64,000 nucleotides of DNA, taken from an uncultured Anaerolineaceae bacterium. Its GTDB lineage: Bacteria; Chloroflexota; Anaerolineae; Anaerolineales; UBA11579. The notes under the pieces are model-generated. The model ran no database searches. It saw only the letters and a program-made list of their open reading frames with translations, and had not been told where the DNA came from. Made by a program: the position numbers and the translations under genes. Positions 27,549-37,591 of this stretch are shown here, one piece after another; within the stretch, counting starts at the first letter, position 1, and the number at the start of each line of letters is the position of its first letter. Location of the stretch: contig CAZUTS010000001.1 of assembly GCA_964623375.1 (NCBI GenBank), forward strand, positions 7,692 through 71,691, written 5' to 3'.

Positions 27549-27687
27549 ACGGCGTAATCTGCTTCAAAAAAGATGGAAAGTGACATGTAGAGACTGGATT
27601 ATACCTTTCGGCCTTGAGCAAGCTCACAGGGGGCTGCTGATATAATCCCTTTGCAAGTCTAATTTTCACTCTTATATAAGGAAGCCC

Positions 27688-29028
27688 ATGAAACCTTCAG
27701 ACGTACACGCAACAATTGCTAAACACCTGCCTGCAGGCAGTGAACCCATTGTTTTGGATGTGGAGGGTTCACATGGCCCTTACTTGCGTGATGCTCTGAC
27801 CGGTAAAGAATACATCGACTTCTTTACATACTTTGCCAGCGCCCCCGTTGGCCATAACCACCCCAAGATGCACGACTCAGACTTCATCGAGAAGATGATG
27901 AGCGTGGCCATCACCAAACCCTCCTCCTCGGACTTTTTCACCACGTACATGGCCGAGTTCGTGGAGACCTTCTCCAAGCACATCATGCCCTCCAGCATGC
28001 AGCACCTGTTCCTCATCGCCGGCGGTGCCCTGGCGGTTGAGAATGCCCTCAAAGTAGCCTTTGACTGGAAGGTGCGCCGCAACATCGCCACCTTCAGCAG
28101 ACCGCCCACGGGCCGTATGCACAAGATCGATGGCATGGGCTCCAAGATCATCCACTTCCGTGAGGCCTTCCACGGCCGCTCGGGCTACACCATGTCGATG
28201 ACCAACACGAACGACGAGCGCAAGTACATGTACTTCCCCAAGTTCGATTGGCCGCGTGTGATGAACCCCAAGCTGCGCTTCCCCGTGAGCGATGAAGTGC
28301 TGGCCGACGTCAAGCGGGCAGAGGAAATTGCCATCACCCAGATCCAGTATGCCGTGCAGCAGCACCCCGGCGACATTGCCGGCCTGATCATCGAACCCAT
28401 TCAGGGTGAAGGTGGCGACAATCACTTCCGCCCCGAATTCTTCAAGGAATTGCGCCGCCTGGCCGATGAGCATGAGTTCCTGCTCATCATGGATGAGGTG
28501 CAGAGCGGCATGGGTATCACCGGCAAGATGTGGGCGGTGGAGCACATGGGCATTGAGCCAGACATTATTGTCTTCGGCAAGAAGTCGCAGGTCTGTGGCT
28601 TCATCGCTGGCCCGCGCATTGATGATGTGCCCAACAACGTCTTTGAAGAAGAGAGCCGCATCAACTCCACCTGGGGTGGCGATCTCACCGATATGGTGCG
28701 CTCGCAGCGCTTCATTGAGATCATCGCCGAAGAGAAGCTGGTCGATCACACCGCCAAGATGGGTGAGAAGCTCATCGCTGGCCTGCAATCCGTGGCGGAT
28801 GGCTCCAAGGGCTTCCTGGACAACGTGCGCGGCCGCGGCATGATGGTGGCCTTTGATACGCCCAGCGGCGCTGAGCGTGATGCGCTGCTGGCGCGCATGA
28901 AAGATAACGGAGTGTATGCGCTCAGTTGCGGCAACCGCTCCGTGCGCTTCCGTGGCACGCTGGACACCCCGGCCGACATCATTGACAAGACGCTGGAGAT
29001 TTTGCAAGCCAGCCTGCCCAAAGCCTGA
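27688..29028 (+). CDS. lat: L-lysine 6-transaminase (class III PLP aminotransferase)
   Basis: N-terminus ...VLDVEGSHGPYLRDALTGKEYIDFFTYFASAPVGHNHP and DEVQSGMGITGKMWA; FGKKSQVCG carries the PLP lysine. The layout matches Lat-type enzymes. Confidence 0.75.
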   Translation: MKPSDVHATIAKHLPAGSEPIVLDVEGSHGPYLRDALTGKEYIDFFTYFASAPVGHNHPKMHDSDFIEKMMSVAITKPSSSDFFTTYMAEFVETFSKHIMPSSMQHLFLIAGGALAVENALKVAFDWKVRRNIATFSRPPTGRMHKIDGMGSKIIHFREAFHGRSGYTMSMTNTNDERKYMYFPKFDWPRVMNPKLRFPVSDEVLADVKRAEEIAITQIQYAVQQHPGDIAGLIIEPIQGEGGDNHFRPEFFKELRRLADEHEFLLIMDEVQSGMGITGKMWAVEHMGIEPDIIVFGKKSQVCGFIAGPRIDDVPNNVFEEESRINSTWGGDLTDMVRSQRFIEIIAEEKLVDHTAKMGEKLIAGLQSVADGSKGFLDNVRGRGMMVAFDTPSGAERDALLARMKDNGVYALSCGNRSVRFRGTLDTPADIIDKTLEILQASLPKA

Positions 29029-29061
29029 GCAAAGGCCGTATCATAGGGCAACTTACAGCCT

Positions 29062-30615
29062 ATGTTGCCTGATTTCCGTGTACGCCAGCGCGATTATCTT
29101 CTAGAGATCGCGCGGGTCATTACTCAAGAGCTAGACCTGGATGCGGTGCTGGCGCGCATTTTGCGCCATGCCGCAGACTTGCTGGCCGGCCAGGCCGGCC
29201 TGGTAGCCCTGCGCGGCGAACCCGGCGGCTGGGCCACCGCCGCCTCGTACGGTATCCCCAACGAGCTCATTCAGTACCTCAACCCAATCCTTGCTGCGGT
29301 GCCGGATCATGAAGATCCGGCCCGCTTTGAGCTCCCCGAAGTCAATCGTTTGCTGCAACGCCTGGCGCGCGAGGTCAGCTTAGGTTTGTTCAGCGGCGTG
29401 GGCCTCCCGCTCATTTCGCAGAACCGCGTGCTGGGCGTGATCTTCGTCTTTCGTAATTACCGCGGCCAGTTTTCGCGTGAAGACCGCGTGCTGCTGCAAA
29501 GTTTTGCAGACCAGGCCGCCATTGCTGTGCAGAATGCCCAGCAGTATGCCAACACCAATCGTGAGCGCCGCCGCACCGAAGCCATTTTGGATGCGGTGGC
29601 GGATGGCATCCTCATCCTCGGGCCGGACCACACCATCGAGCGTTGCAACCCCGCCTTTGCGCGCCTGTCTGGGCGCGGGGCAGGCGATGTGCTCGGCCGC
29701 AAGCATAATGAGGTCATCCAGTTTGGCGAGCTGGAGCACGGCCCCACGCTGGAGCAGGCCGAGGCGGGCGGCTGGCCGCTCACACCCACCGCCACTCTGT
29801 ATGTAGAAGGCGACTTGCAGCGCCTGGATGGCAGCGCGCTGGCCGTGGGCGTGACCTACGCCCCGTTGCTGACGCAGGAAGGCCAGTTGCTCAACATCAT
29901 CGCCTCGGTGCGTGATGTCAGTCACTTCCGCCAGGCCGAGGAACTGCAAAGCACCTTCATCTCCGTCATCAGCCATGAGCTCAAGACTCCCGTGGCGCTT
30001 ATCAAGGGCTATGTGGGTACGCTGCGCCGCCCCGATGTGCGCTGGGATGGCAAGATCGTGCAAGACAGCCTGGAAGTTATCGAAGAAGAGGCTGACCGTC
30101 TTAGCGGCCTCATCGAGAATCTGCTTGACGCCTCGCGGTTGGAAGCAGGCGTGCTGCCCATCAACGCCAGTGATGTCTCGCTGCCCGTGCTGGTAGGCCG
30201 CATCGTTGAGCGCTTCCGTACCCAGTCACCCTCGCACACATTTGTCTTGGATTTCCCGCCTGAGTATCCCGTCATCCTGGCAGACGAACAGCGCATCACT
30301 CAGGTGTTGCTGAACCTGTTGTCCAATGCCGTCAAGTACTCGCCGCACGGTGGCGAGATTCGCGTGTGGGGCCAGGTGCGCCCGGAGCATGTTGTCGTCT
30401 GCGTCAGTGATGAAGGCCCCGGCATCGCCCCCGGCGACATCCCACATATCTTTGACCGCTTTTACAGAGCTGATGAGGCTCAGCGCAACACCAAGGGCGC
30501 CGGTCTTGGTTTATATTTGACCCGCGCCATTTTGGAAGCCCATGGCGGCAGCATCTGGGTTGACCCCACCTACACACAAGGCGCCTGCATTTGCTTCTCT
30601 TTGCCGCGCCACTAA
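29062..30615 (+). CDS. sensor histidine kinase (GAF + PAS + HisKA + HATPase_c), no adjacent response regulator
   Basis: H-box SHELKTPV, N-box LLSNAVKYSP, DEGPGI, GAGLGLY. Soluble, with no TM segment seen. Confidence 0.88.
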   Translation: MLPDFRVRQRDYLLEIARVITQELDLDAVLARILRHAADLLAGQAGLVALRGEPGGWATAASYGIPNELIQYLNPILAAVPDHEDPARFELPEVNRLLQRLAREVSLGLFSGVGLPLISQNRVLGVIFVFRNYRGQFSREDRVLLQSFADQAAIAVQNAQQYANTNRERRRTEAILDAVADGILILGPDHTIERCNPAFARLSGRGAGDVLGRKHNEVIQFGELEHGPTLEQAEAGGWPLTPTATLYVEGDLQRLDGSALAVGVTYAPLLTQEGQLLNIIASVRDVSHFRQAEELQSTFISVISHELKTPVALIKGYVGTLRRPDVRWDGKIVQDSLEVIEEEADRLSGLIENLLDASRLEAGVLPINASDVSLPVLVGRIVERFRTQSPSHTFVLDFPPEYPVILADEQRITQVLLNLLSNAVKYSPHGGEIRVWGQVRPEHVVVCVSDEGPGIAPGDIPHIFDRFYRADEAQRNTKGAGLGLYLTRAILEAHGGSIWVDPTYTQGACICFSLPRH

Positions 30616-30636
30616 ATTCATTTGTATTGAGAGACC

Positions 30637-31986
30637 ATGCCACGTACAACAATTCCCTGCCCCCAATGCCGCACACCCGTACCTGCTGACGTCGAGCAGC
30701 TCTTTGATGTGGGGGTTGACCCGCAAGCCAAGCAGAAGCTGCTCAATGGCTCTGTCAATGTAGTGCAGTGCCCCACCTGCGGCTTCCAGGGCCAGATCCC
30801 TGTGCCCATCGTGTATCACGATCCCGGCAAGGAGCTGCTGCTGACCTACTTCCCGGCGGAGTTGAACACACCGGTGATGGAGCAGGAACGCCAGATTGCG
30901 CCGTACATGAGCCGCGTGGTGGATAGCCTGAAGCAGGAAGACCGCAAGGCCTACCTGTTCAAGCCGCAGCAAATGTTCACTTACCAGAACCTCATCGAAA
31001 AAGTGCTTGAAGGTGAGGGCGTTACCAAGGAGATGCTGCAAGCCCAGCAAAAACGCGTGGAGCTGCTGCAAAGCCTGCTCACCGCGCCCGAAGGCACAAT
31101 TGTGGATGTAGTGCAGAAGAATGCTGCCACTGTGGATGCGGATTTCTTCACGCTGCTGAGCCGCATGCTGCAGGCCGGCTTGGGCGCTGGCGATGAAAAT
31201 GCCGCCGCGCGCCTTGGCAAGATTCAGGAAGCGCTGCTTGAACACACCGACCTGGGCAAGCAGATCAAGCAGCAGGCCGACGAGATCGAAGGGGCGCGTG
31301 CCGCGCTGGAAAGCGCCGGAACCGAGCTCACCCGCCAGAAGCTGCAAGAGCTGCTGCTGGATGCACTGGAGAGCGAAGGCCGTCTCAACGCCATGGTGAG
31401 CATGGCGCGCCCCGGGCTGGATTATGTGTTCTTCCAGGAATTGAGCGAACGCATCGAAAAGGCCGAGGGCGACGACAAGACCAAGCTCAATACGCTGCGC
31501 GAGAAACTGTTGGAGATCACGAAGCAGATCGACGAGCAGCTACAAGTGCGCATGGCCGCCGCCCAGCGCAACTTGGATGCCATGTTGAATGCTGAGAATC
31601 CAGTGGACATTCTGCAGCAAAATCCTGCCATTCTGGATGAGCTGTTTATCCAGGTCATCAACCAAAATCTGCAACAGGCTGCCGAGCAGAAGGACGGTGA
31701 GCGCCTGCAGAAGCTACAACGCTTGGCGATGCTGATCCAGCAACTCATCAACCCGGGCTACAACCCCAGCCTGCTCGAAGACCTGGTGGAAGCCGCCGAT
31801 GACACTGCCCGTACCAAGGTGGCCGAAGAGAACAAAGACTCGATCACGCCTGAATTCCTGGAAAGCCTTTCCGCTATGATGGCGCAACTGCAAGAAAGCC
31901 CGGACAAAGAGCTGGCCGAGAAGGTGCGCCAGGCCTACCGCGCCGCGCTCAAAGTCTCGATGCAGAAGGGCATGCAGGGCCAATAA
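30637..31986 (+). CDS. CpXC-domain protein with long helical C-terminal region
   Basis: CPQCRTPV...VQCPTCGF Zn-ribbon pair at the N-terminus (CpXC pattern). The rest is Glu/Leu/Gln-rich and helical. Confidence 0.6.
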   Translation: MPRTTIPCPQCRTPVPADVEQLFDVGVDPQAKQKLLNGSVNVVQCPTCGFQGQIPVPIVYHDPGKELLLTYFPAELNTPVMEQERQIAPYMSRVVDSLKQEDRKAYLFKPQQMFTYQNLIEKVLEGEGVTKEMLQAQQKRVELLQSLLTAPEGTIVDVVQKNAATVDADFFTLLSRMLQAGLGAGDENAAARLGKIQEALLEHTDLGKQIKQQADEIEGARAALESAGTELTRQKLQELLLDALESEGRLNAMVSMARPGLDYVFFQELSERIEKAEGDDKTKLNTLREKLLEITKQIDEQLQVRMAAAQRNLDAMLNAENPVDILQQNPAILDELFIQVINQNLQQAAEQKDGERLQKLQRLAMLIQQLINPGYNPSLLEDLVEAADDTARTKVAEENKDSITPEFLESLSAMMAQLQESPDKELAEKVRQAYRAALKVSMQKGMQGQ

Positions 31987-31994
31987 GGACAAGT

Positions 31995-32019
31995 GTCATT
32001 CCGAGCGTAGCGAGGAATC
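31995..32019 (+). repeat. single minimal hairpin (REP-like) element, ATTCC/GGAAT variant
   Basis: GTCATTCCGAGCGTAGCGAGGAATC, 8 nt after the CpXC gene stop. Confidence 0.6.
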
Positions 32020-32067
32020 TGTTAAGGGTAGCTTTTTTCGAAAGCTTATCTGTGACTAGAGGCCATC

Positions 32068-32097
32068 AAAAAAAGACCCGCTATTGCGGGTCTTTTT
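32068..32097. terminator. bidirectional rho-independent terminator
   Basis: A7, then GACCCGC-TATT-GCGGGTC, then T5. The stop codon of the minus-strand FHA gene (32081-32083) spans the last stem base and the loop. Confidence 0.75.
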
Positions 32098-32782
32098 GTT
32101 GGTCTTGCAGCGGGTTGTCCAGGCGCAAGCCGTGGCCGCGTACCGTCACCACGTACTCGTGGGCAGGGTCGGCTTTGGCCAGGCGCTCGCGCAGGCGGCG
32201 GATGAGTGCATCCAGCGCCTGGTCGGAGATGCTCAGGGCTTCATCTTCTTGCCAGACATGTCTCACCAGCTCATCCCGCGTCACCACCAGCCCATCACGC
32301 AGATAGAGCATCTCCAGCATGCTGAACTGGGCTACAGACAGCGGCGGGTCCACTTCGGTTTCGTGTGCCCACACGCGGCGTGAGCGCTTGTCCATGTGCA
32401 GACGGCGGCGGCCCTCGGGCACCTCGGCGGGGATGTCAAAGTCCAGTGGCACGGTGGCATCCGAACTTAAGAAGGTGAACTTTTGCGCCAGCGCAATTTG
32501 GATCAAGTCGCCATCGCTGAGCAGCACACGTCCTTTAAGGGGCTTGCCGTTGTGGTGCGTGCCATTCTTGCTGTCCAGATCTTCGAGGGTAATGCCATCC
32601 GCACCATGAAGTAGACGGGCGTGATGGCGGGAGATCTTGCGGTCGGGGATGATGACTTCACAATCCTCTCCGCGCCCAATGGTGAGCTGGTTGCGCACGA
32701 CCCAGCGCTCCCCATTCAAGGGGCCACTTTGGGCGATTAACACAGGGTAACTTTCAGCGCTGTGAGGCATAAAAAGCTCCAC
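32081..32782 (-). CDS. FHA domain + OmpR/PhoB-type winged-helix DNA-binding protein
   Basis: N-terminal FHA (LTIGRGEDCEVIIPDRKISRHHARL...SKNGTHHNGKPL). C-terminal Trans_reg_C-like segment (LSVAQFSMLEMLYLRDGLVVTRDELVRHVW...LDALIRRLRERL...VVTVRGHGLRL). Confidence 0.75.
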   Translation of the reverse strand: MELFMPHSAESYPVLIAQSGPLNGERWVVRNQLTIGRGEDCEVIIPDRKISRHHARLLHGADGITLEDLDSKNGTHHNGKPLKGRVLLSDGDLIQIALAQKFTFLSSDATVPLDFDIPAEVPEGRRRLHMDKRSRRVWAHETEVDPPLSVAQFSMLEMLYLRDGLVVTRDELVRHVWQEDEALSISDQALDALIRRLRERLAKADPAHEYVVTVRGHGLRLDNPLQDQQKDPQ

Positions 32783-32869
32783 AGGTATAATACCAAATTC
32801 AGCCCTAGGGCCAGCTTTTGCGGGTTACGCCCCCGTGTGGCTTGGCTGAATGTGGAGAAGAACAAAGAC

Positions 32870-33853
32870 ATGCCCTTAGAAGCCGGCGAGATTTTACGCG
32901 AGCGCTATCAGATCAAAGAGTTCATCAGCCGCGGCGGGATGGGCAGTATTTACCTCGCTGAAGATCTGCGCCTCGAAGGCCGCCAGTGCGCGGTCAAAGA
33001 AGTTCGCCTCGACCCCTCGCTCTCTGAAGAGACGCTTGACCAGACCCGCGCCCAGTTCCTGCGCGAGGCCACGGTCTTGGCGCGCCTGGACCATCCCAAC
33101 TTGCCCAAAGTGTCTGACTTCTTCTCCGAGGGTGACAGCGACTATCTGGTGATGGATTTTGTGCCGGGTGGTGATTTGCGCGCCTTGATGATGGAAGCCA
33201 AGCAGGCGGATGAATTCTTGCAGGAGACAGAAGTGCTGGCCTGGGCCGCTCAGATCGCCTCGGCGCTGAGCTATCTGCACAGCCAGCAGCCGCCTATCCT
33301 GCATCGTGACGTCAAGCCCAGCAATTTGAAGCTCACGCCCAACGGTGTGGTCAAGCTGGTGGATTTCGGTTTGGTCAAGATTTTGGCGGCGCAAGAAGAT
33401 ACCGTCACCATCGTGCAGGGGCGCGGCACAGCGTTATATACGCCGCTGGAGCAATATGGCGGCGATACCGGCCACACAGACGTGCGTAGTGATGTCTATG
33501 CGCTTGGTGCTACGCTATATCACCTGCTCAGCAACACGTCCCCGGTGGAAGCGCGTGAGCGCTTCTTGCATCCGGAGCAAATGCCCAGCCTGCGCACATT
33601 GAATCCTGAAGTCAGTCCGCGCACCGAGCGCGCCGTGATGTGGGCTTTGAGTCTGCACCCCGAAGAGCGCCCGCAAAGCATGGAGGAATTTCAGGAAGCC
33701 TTGTTTGGCCGTCTGGAGCCTGCTGGGCGTTCCAGCGGGCGTGTGCCCGCGCCCAGTTGGGCCGATGTCTTGTCGCTAGAGACAGAGCGCTCGCTGGTGT
33801 GGTTGGCCGGCGTGCTGTTGCTGCTAGGCTTTATTGCGACGATCGGCCACTAG
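32870..33853 (+). CDS. Ser/Thr protein kinase (Hanks type) with C-terminal TM anchor
   Basis: GRGGMGSIYLA...CAVKE, HRDVKPSNL, DFGL, TALYTPLE. GGAG lies 10 nt before the ATG at 32870; the longer track ORF from 32762 overlaps the divergent gene and is rejected. Confidence 0.88.
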   Translation: MPLEAGEILRERYQIKEFISRGGMGSIYLAEDLRLEGRQCAVKEVRLDPSLSEETLDQTRAQFLREATVLARLDHPNLPKVSDFFSEGDSDYLVMDFVPGGDLRALMMEAKQADEFLQETEVLAWAAQIASALSYLHSQQPPILHRDVKPSNLKLTPNGVVKLVDFGLVKILAAQEDTVTIVQGRGTALYTPLEQYGGDTGHTDVRSDVYALGATLYHLLSNTSPVEARERFLHPEQMPSLRTLNPEVSPRTERAVMWALSLHPEERPQSMEEFQEALFGRLEPAGRSSGRVPAPSWADVLSLETERSLVWLAGVLLLLGFIATIGH

Positions 33854-36716
33854 CCGGTCTGCGCCCGCGCAGCCGCCAGGCCCACCCGGCCAGCAAGCCC
33901 GCCAGGCAGCCACCCAGCACAGCGATCACCAAGCCCCACTTTCCGCCAAACTCTAAGATCGCACGGCTGGCTGGCAAGTCCAGCGCCAGATAGCAGCCTA
34001 CAAATAAACCGCCGATGAAAGTGGTGAGCGCCCAGCGCACGCCCCAGCGAACCTGGTACAGGTTTATGCCGGTCTGGTACGCGCCCAAGGCAGCTACCGA
34101 AGAAATCAGCACCCACAAGAACCAATCCACCAGATCCGTACGGCGCACAACATCCACAGCAGGCGGCTGCATGGTGGGCAGCGGTGTTTGCGCTGCCTGC
34201 GTAGCCAGGATCGATTGCGCCGTTTGCGTGGCTTGCAACGCCAGGCCTTCGGGGTTGATGCCGGCCACACGGAATTGTTGGCCCAGTGCCAGCGCTGGCG
34301 GATTGCCGCTAGAGGCGGTGAGCACCATCGTACCCTCATCCTCAATGGAATATGTCGTGCTGGCGATGCCCAGATATGTCTGTGCCGTGATCTGGCGCTG
34401 TAGCGTTGTTTGCTCAGTAATCAGACTAATGGTGAAGGTCACCGCGGTGTTATCCGGCACGGGGTTGCCGTTGTGGTCCAACACTGGACCAGCTTGCAAC
34501 GAAAGCAGATCGCCCGCCTGGTAAGTTGGTGACTCGGTCGCTGTGCTGTCATCCGCCTCGACGGTGGTTTCCGGCGTGGATGTGGCGGCTGGCTGGATGC
34601 GCGTCACCTGCATGGCAATCTCGCGGTCTGGGTTGGGGGTCAGCGCGTCTTCCAATAGATAGCCAACGCCGGTCACACTCACAGGCGAGGCGCCGCGTGG
34701 GTCAATTTCCTTGAAGAGCAGGCGGGCGGCTACCTCGGCTAGCTCACTGTTCTCGCCATACAAGCCATAGTACGCCGTCACCTTGGTGACATCCGTGGCG
34801 TCCAGATAATAGGGCGTGTTGAGCGCAAATACGATCACCTTCTTGTTCTCCAGGAGGGTGATGCGCTCCTCCAGCAGGCGGCGCAGGGCTTGCGACTCCG
34901 GGCGCGTGGCGCTGTCTTGCGTGACATTGATGACCACCCACTCGGCGCGCGCCAAGTTATCCAGCAACGGGTCTGTGCCTTCAATATTGCCGTCCAGCGT
35001 GCGCGTGAGCTGCATGAACGAGAATGACGAGAGGTTGGCGGCAGTGATCTGGTTACCAGCCACAGGCCCATACAGGCTGAGCACAGCCTGTGCAAACGAA
35101 TTCACCATCACTTCTTGCTGCGGCGGGCACTGGCTGCATTGCTGTGCTGTGTAGCTGTCCGTAATGAACACGATCTGCTCAAAGCGCCCCGGAGGTTCTG
35201 GCAGCGCATCGGCCAATGATGACAGGCTGGGGCTGAGCAGGGTGGCGGCGCGGCGGCCGATCTCAAAAATGAGCTGGCGGTCCTGGCCTATGCTTTCCAA
35301 GCCGACAACGTCGGTGAGCACCTCAGCCTCAGTAAAGCTGGGATAGAGCTCATACTTGAGCGTGAGGATGCGCAGCACCGATTCATCTACGCGTTCGGCA
35401 AAGGCTACATCCTCGCGGTACTTCTGGGCGAAGAACTGCGCCGTGCGCACGATGGTGGTGTAGCTGTTGGGGTCACCCGTGGAGATAAAGTTGCCCAGAT
35501 ACAAAAGATCGTTGCCAGCCAGGAAGGCATCCCGCGTCACCAAGGTAGCGTTGAAGGTCTGCTCGCTGGCATCGTAGCTGCGGCGTACGGCGCGTGTGCC
35601 CAGGCTGTCACTGATGATCAGACCGCCGTCTTCGCGCCAGCTGCTGAAGGCGGGCAGCGCCATCAACTCGTTGAAGGCTTGCAGGTCAAAGCTGAGTGGG
35701 CGCGTGGTGGTGCGAATATTGCCTTGGAAACCTTGATAGCGAATGTGCGCCAGCAGCATGGCGTCTGCGGTGGCCTCGGGGGAGCTGGCACTGCCGGTGA
35801 CGGAAAAAAAGGGCGGTAACTCCACCTCGGTAAGCTGGGTGAGCGATTTGCGAATTGTGGGGACTTCGTCGTCCAGCGGGCGGTCTGAGTCGCCATAACC
35901 GGGCAAGTGCTTGGCCACCACGGCCACGCGGTTTTGGCTGCCAATATGCACGCCGGAGATATAGGCCTGGCCCATCTGGCCCACCCAGTACGAATCGCCG
36001 CCGAAACTGCGCACACCAAGATCGCCGAGCGAATCGGGCCGTGGCGTCTCGATCACATCCAGTGAGGGGCCAATCAGCATGTTCACGCCCAGAGCAGAGA
36101 GTTCAGCGCCCAGCAGGGAACCCGCCTGCTGCGCCAGCGCTGGGCGCCAGGTGGCGCCCAGCATCATGGCGTTGGGTTGCGGGCTGAACACATCCAGCAG
36201 CTGGTCGTTCGGGTAGCCATCGCCTTCTTGTGAGATGGCGACCAGCAGCGGAACGTATGCGGGCGAATCAAGCGCGGTGAGCTCATTGCCGTCCACTCGG
36301 GCGCTGTTTAATTCGGCATTTTGCAGTTGCTGAATGAGCGTGTGCGCAGTGGTGAGCGTTTCCGGCTGGGCGGCGAAGTTGTCCATATCGCGGCGCAGCA
36401 CTACGCCGCCAATGTGATAGTTAGCGATCAGATCGTAGACCTGGCTCTCTGCCGGGGCGCTGGCCCCGCTAAAGGTCACCAGGAAGAGTTGCCCCACGCG
36501 CTCTTCAGGGCTCATACGCTGCAACAGCGCGGCAGCCTGCGCCTGCGGGTCAGCTTGGGCGGAGGGTGCGTATGCCGTAGCGGCCTGCACAGGGCGCACC
36601 GCCGCCACTGTTTGCAACAGCAGGGTCAGCAGCAGCGCAGCGCTCACCAGACGAGGGCTGCGTTTTACGATGGGGGTGTGGCGCAGAGAAGCCATTGGCG
36701 TAACAAAAAACCGCAA
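33831..36716 (-). CDS. glycoside hydrolase family 3 (NagZ-like N-terminal domain) fused to a large extracellular region and C-terminal multi-TM anchor
   Basis: Signal-like N-terminus, GH3 motifs (GGVVLRRDM..., [18 protein letters not shown]), and C-terminal hydrophobic segments. The start may be the Met at 36695. Confidence 0.78.
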   Translation of the reverse strand: MRFFVTPMASLRHTPIVKRSPRLVSAALLLTLLLQTVAAVRPVQAATAYAPSAQADPQAQAAALLQRMSPEERVGQLFLVTFSGASAPAESQVYDLIANYHIGGVVLRRDMDNFAAQPETLTTAHTLIQQLQNAELNSARVDGNELTALDSPAYVPLLVAISQEGDGYPNDQLLDVFSPQPNAMMLGATWRPALAQQAGSLLGAELSALGVNMLIGPSLDVIETPRPDSLGDLGVRSFGGDSYWVGQMGQAYISGVHIGSQNRVAVVAKHLPGYGDSDRPLDDEVPTIRKSLTQLTEVELPPFFSVTGSASSPEATADAMLLAHIRYQGFQGNIRTTTRPLSFDLQAFNELMALPAFSSWREDGGLIISDSLGTRAVRRSYDASEQTFNATLVTRDAFLAGNDLLYLGNFISTGDPNSYTTIVRTAQFFAQKYREDVAFAERVDESVLRILTLKYELYPSFTEAEVLTDVVGLESIGQDRQLIFEIGRRAATLLSPSLSSLADALPEPPGRFEQIVFITDSYTAQQCSQCPPQQEVMVNSFAQAVLSLYGPVAGNQITAANLSSFSFMQLTRTLDGNIEGTDPLLDNLARAEWVVINVTQDSATRPESQALRRLLEERITLLENKKVIVFALNTPYYLDATDVTKVTAYYGLYGENSELAEVAARLLFKEIDPRGASPVSVTGVGYLLEDALTPNPDREIAMQVTRIQPAATSTPETTVEADDSTATESPTYQAGDLLSLQAGPVLDHNGNPVPDNTAVTFTISLITEQTTLQRQITAQTYLGIASTTYSIEDEGTMVLTASSGNPPALALGQQFRVAGINPEGLALQATQTAQSILATQAAQTPLPTMQPPAVDVVRRTDLVDWFLWVLISSVAALGAYQTGINLYQVRWGVRWALTTFIGGLFVGCYLALDLPASRAILEFGGKWGLVIAVLGGCLAGLLAGWAWRLRGRRPASGRSSQ

Positions 36717-36794
36717 AACTGCAAACCGTTTGCGGTTGAATTAAATTATACACGGGCGGTTTGGCCAGCCATATCGCATATAATCGCCCCCACG

Positions 36795-37478
36795 ATGAAG
36801 CTGAGCATTGTGATTCCCATTTTTAATGAAGAAGATACTCTGGAAGAGATCATCAAGCGTGTACGTTCTTCTGGTTTAGCCGATGAGCTGGTGCTGGTGA
36901 ATGACGGCTCTACGGATGGCACACCGCAGTTGCTGGCTGCTTTGACGGGGCAGGCGGGCGTGCAGGTGCTCCATCATGAGCGCAATCAGGGCAAGGGGGC
37001 CGCCGTGCGCACAGGCATCCAGGCCGCCACCGGCGACCTAATCTTGATCCAGGATGCCGATCTCGAATACGATCCGCGTGACTTTGTAAAGCTGCTCGAC
37101 CCCATTTATAATTCCGGGGCGGATGTAGTCTATGGCTCACGCTTCCTGGGTGGCCCGCGTCGTCCGACCATGTTCTGGCACATGGTGGCCAATAAGCTGC
37201 TGACCCTGCTCACCAATATCCTCTATAACAACATCCTCACGGATATGGAAACCGGTTACAAGCTCTTCAAGCGTGAGGTGTTGCAAGGCATCACTATCCG
37301 CTCGAATAGTTTTAACTTTGAGCCGGAGATCACCGCCAAGCTGCTCAAGCGCCGTGTGCGCATCTTTGAAGTACCCATCAGTTTCAACCCGCGTGATTAC
37401 TCAGAAGGCAAAAAGATCGGCCTCAAGGATGCTTTTGAGGCCGTGTGGGCGCTGTTCTGGTATCGCTTTTTCGATTAA
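36795..37478 (+). CDS. glycosyltransferase family 2 (polyprenol-phosphate glycosyltransferase-like)
   Basis: [39 protein letters not shown] (DxD). The track ORF from 36321 is an antisense-overlap extension. Confidence 0.88.
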   Translation: MKLSIVIPIFNEEDTLEEIIKRVRSSGLADELVLVNDGSTDGTPQLLAALTGQAGVQVLHHERNQGKGAAVRTGIQAATGDLILIQDADLEYDPRDFVKLLDPIYNSGADVVYGSRFLGGPRRPTMFWHMVANKLLTLLTNILYNNILTDMETGYKLFKREVLQGITIRSNSFNFEPEITAKLLKRRVRIFEVPISFNPRDYSEGKKIGLKDAFEAVWALFWYRFFD

Positions 37479-37486
37479 GCCTACTA

Positions 37487-37529
37487 GTCATTCCGAGCGC
37501 CTTGTCATTCCGAACGTAGTGAGGAATCC
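37487..37529 (+). repeat. hairpin (REP-like) element with duplicated 5' arm, ATTCC/GGAAT variant
   Basis: GTCATTCCGAGCGCCTT followed by GTCATTCCGAACGTAGTGAGGAATCC, 8 nt after the GT2 stop. Confidence 0.6.
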
Positions 37530-37591
37530 GTACTGGCCGGATTTTTGCGCTTCACCAGATATGGTGAAGCACCAGCCAAACCATAAAATGT

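Noticed and set aside
27877-29007. 376-aa minus-strand ORF
   Set aside because: It is antisense to the lysine aminotransferase gene and has no motifs.
36321-36794. N-terminal 158 codons of the track ORF 36321-37478
   Set aside because: This part is antisense to the GH3 gene. The GT2 domain begins exactly at the Met at 36795 ([14 protein letters not shown]), so the extension is an open-frame artefact.
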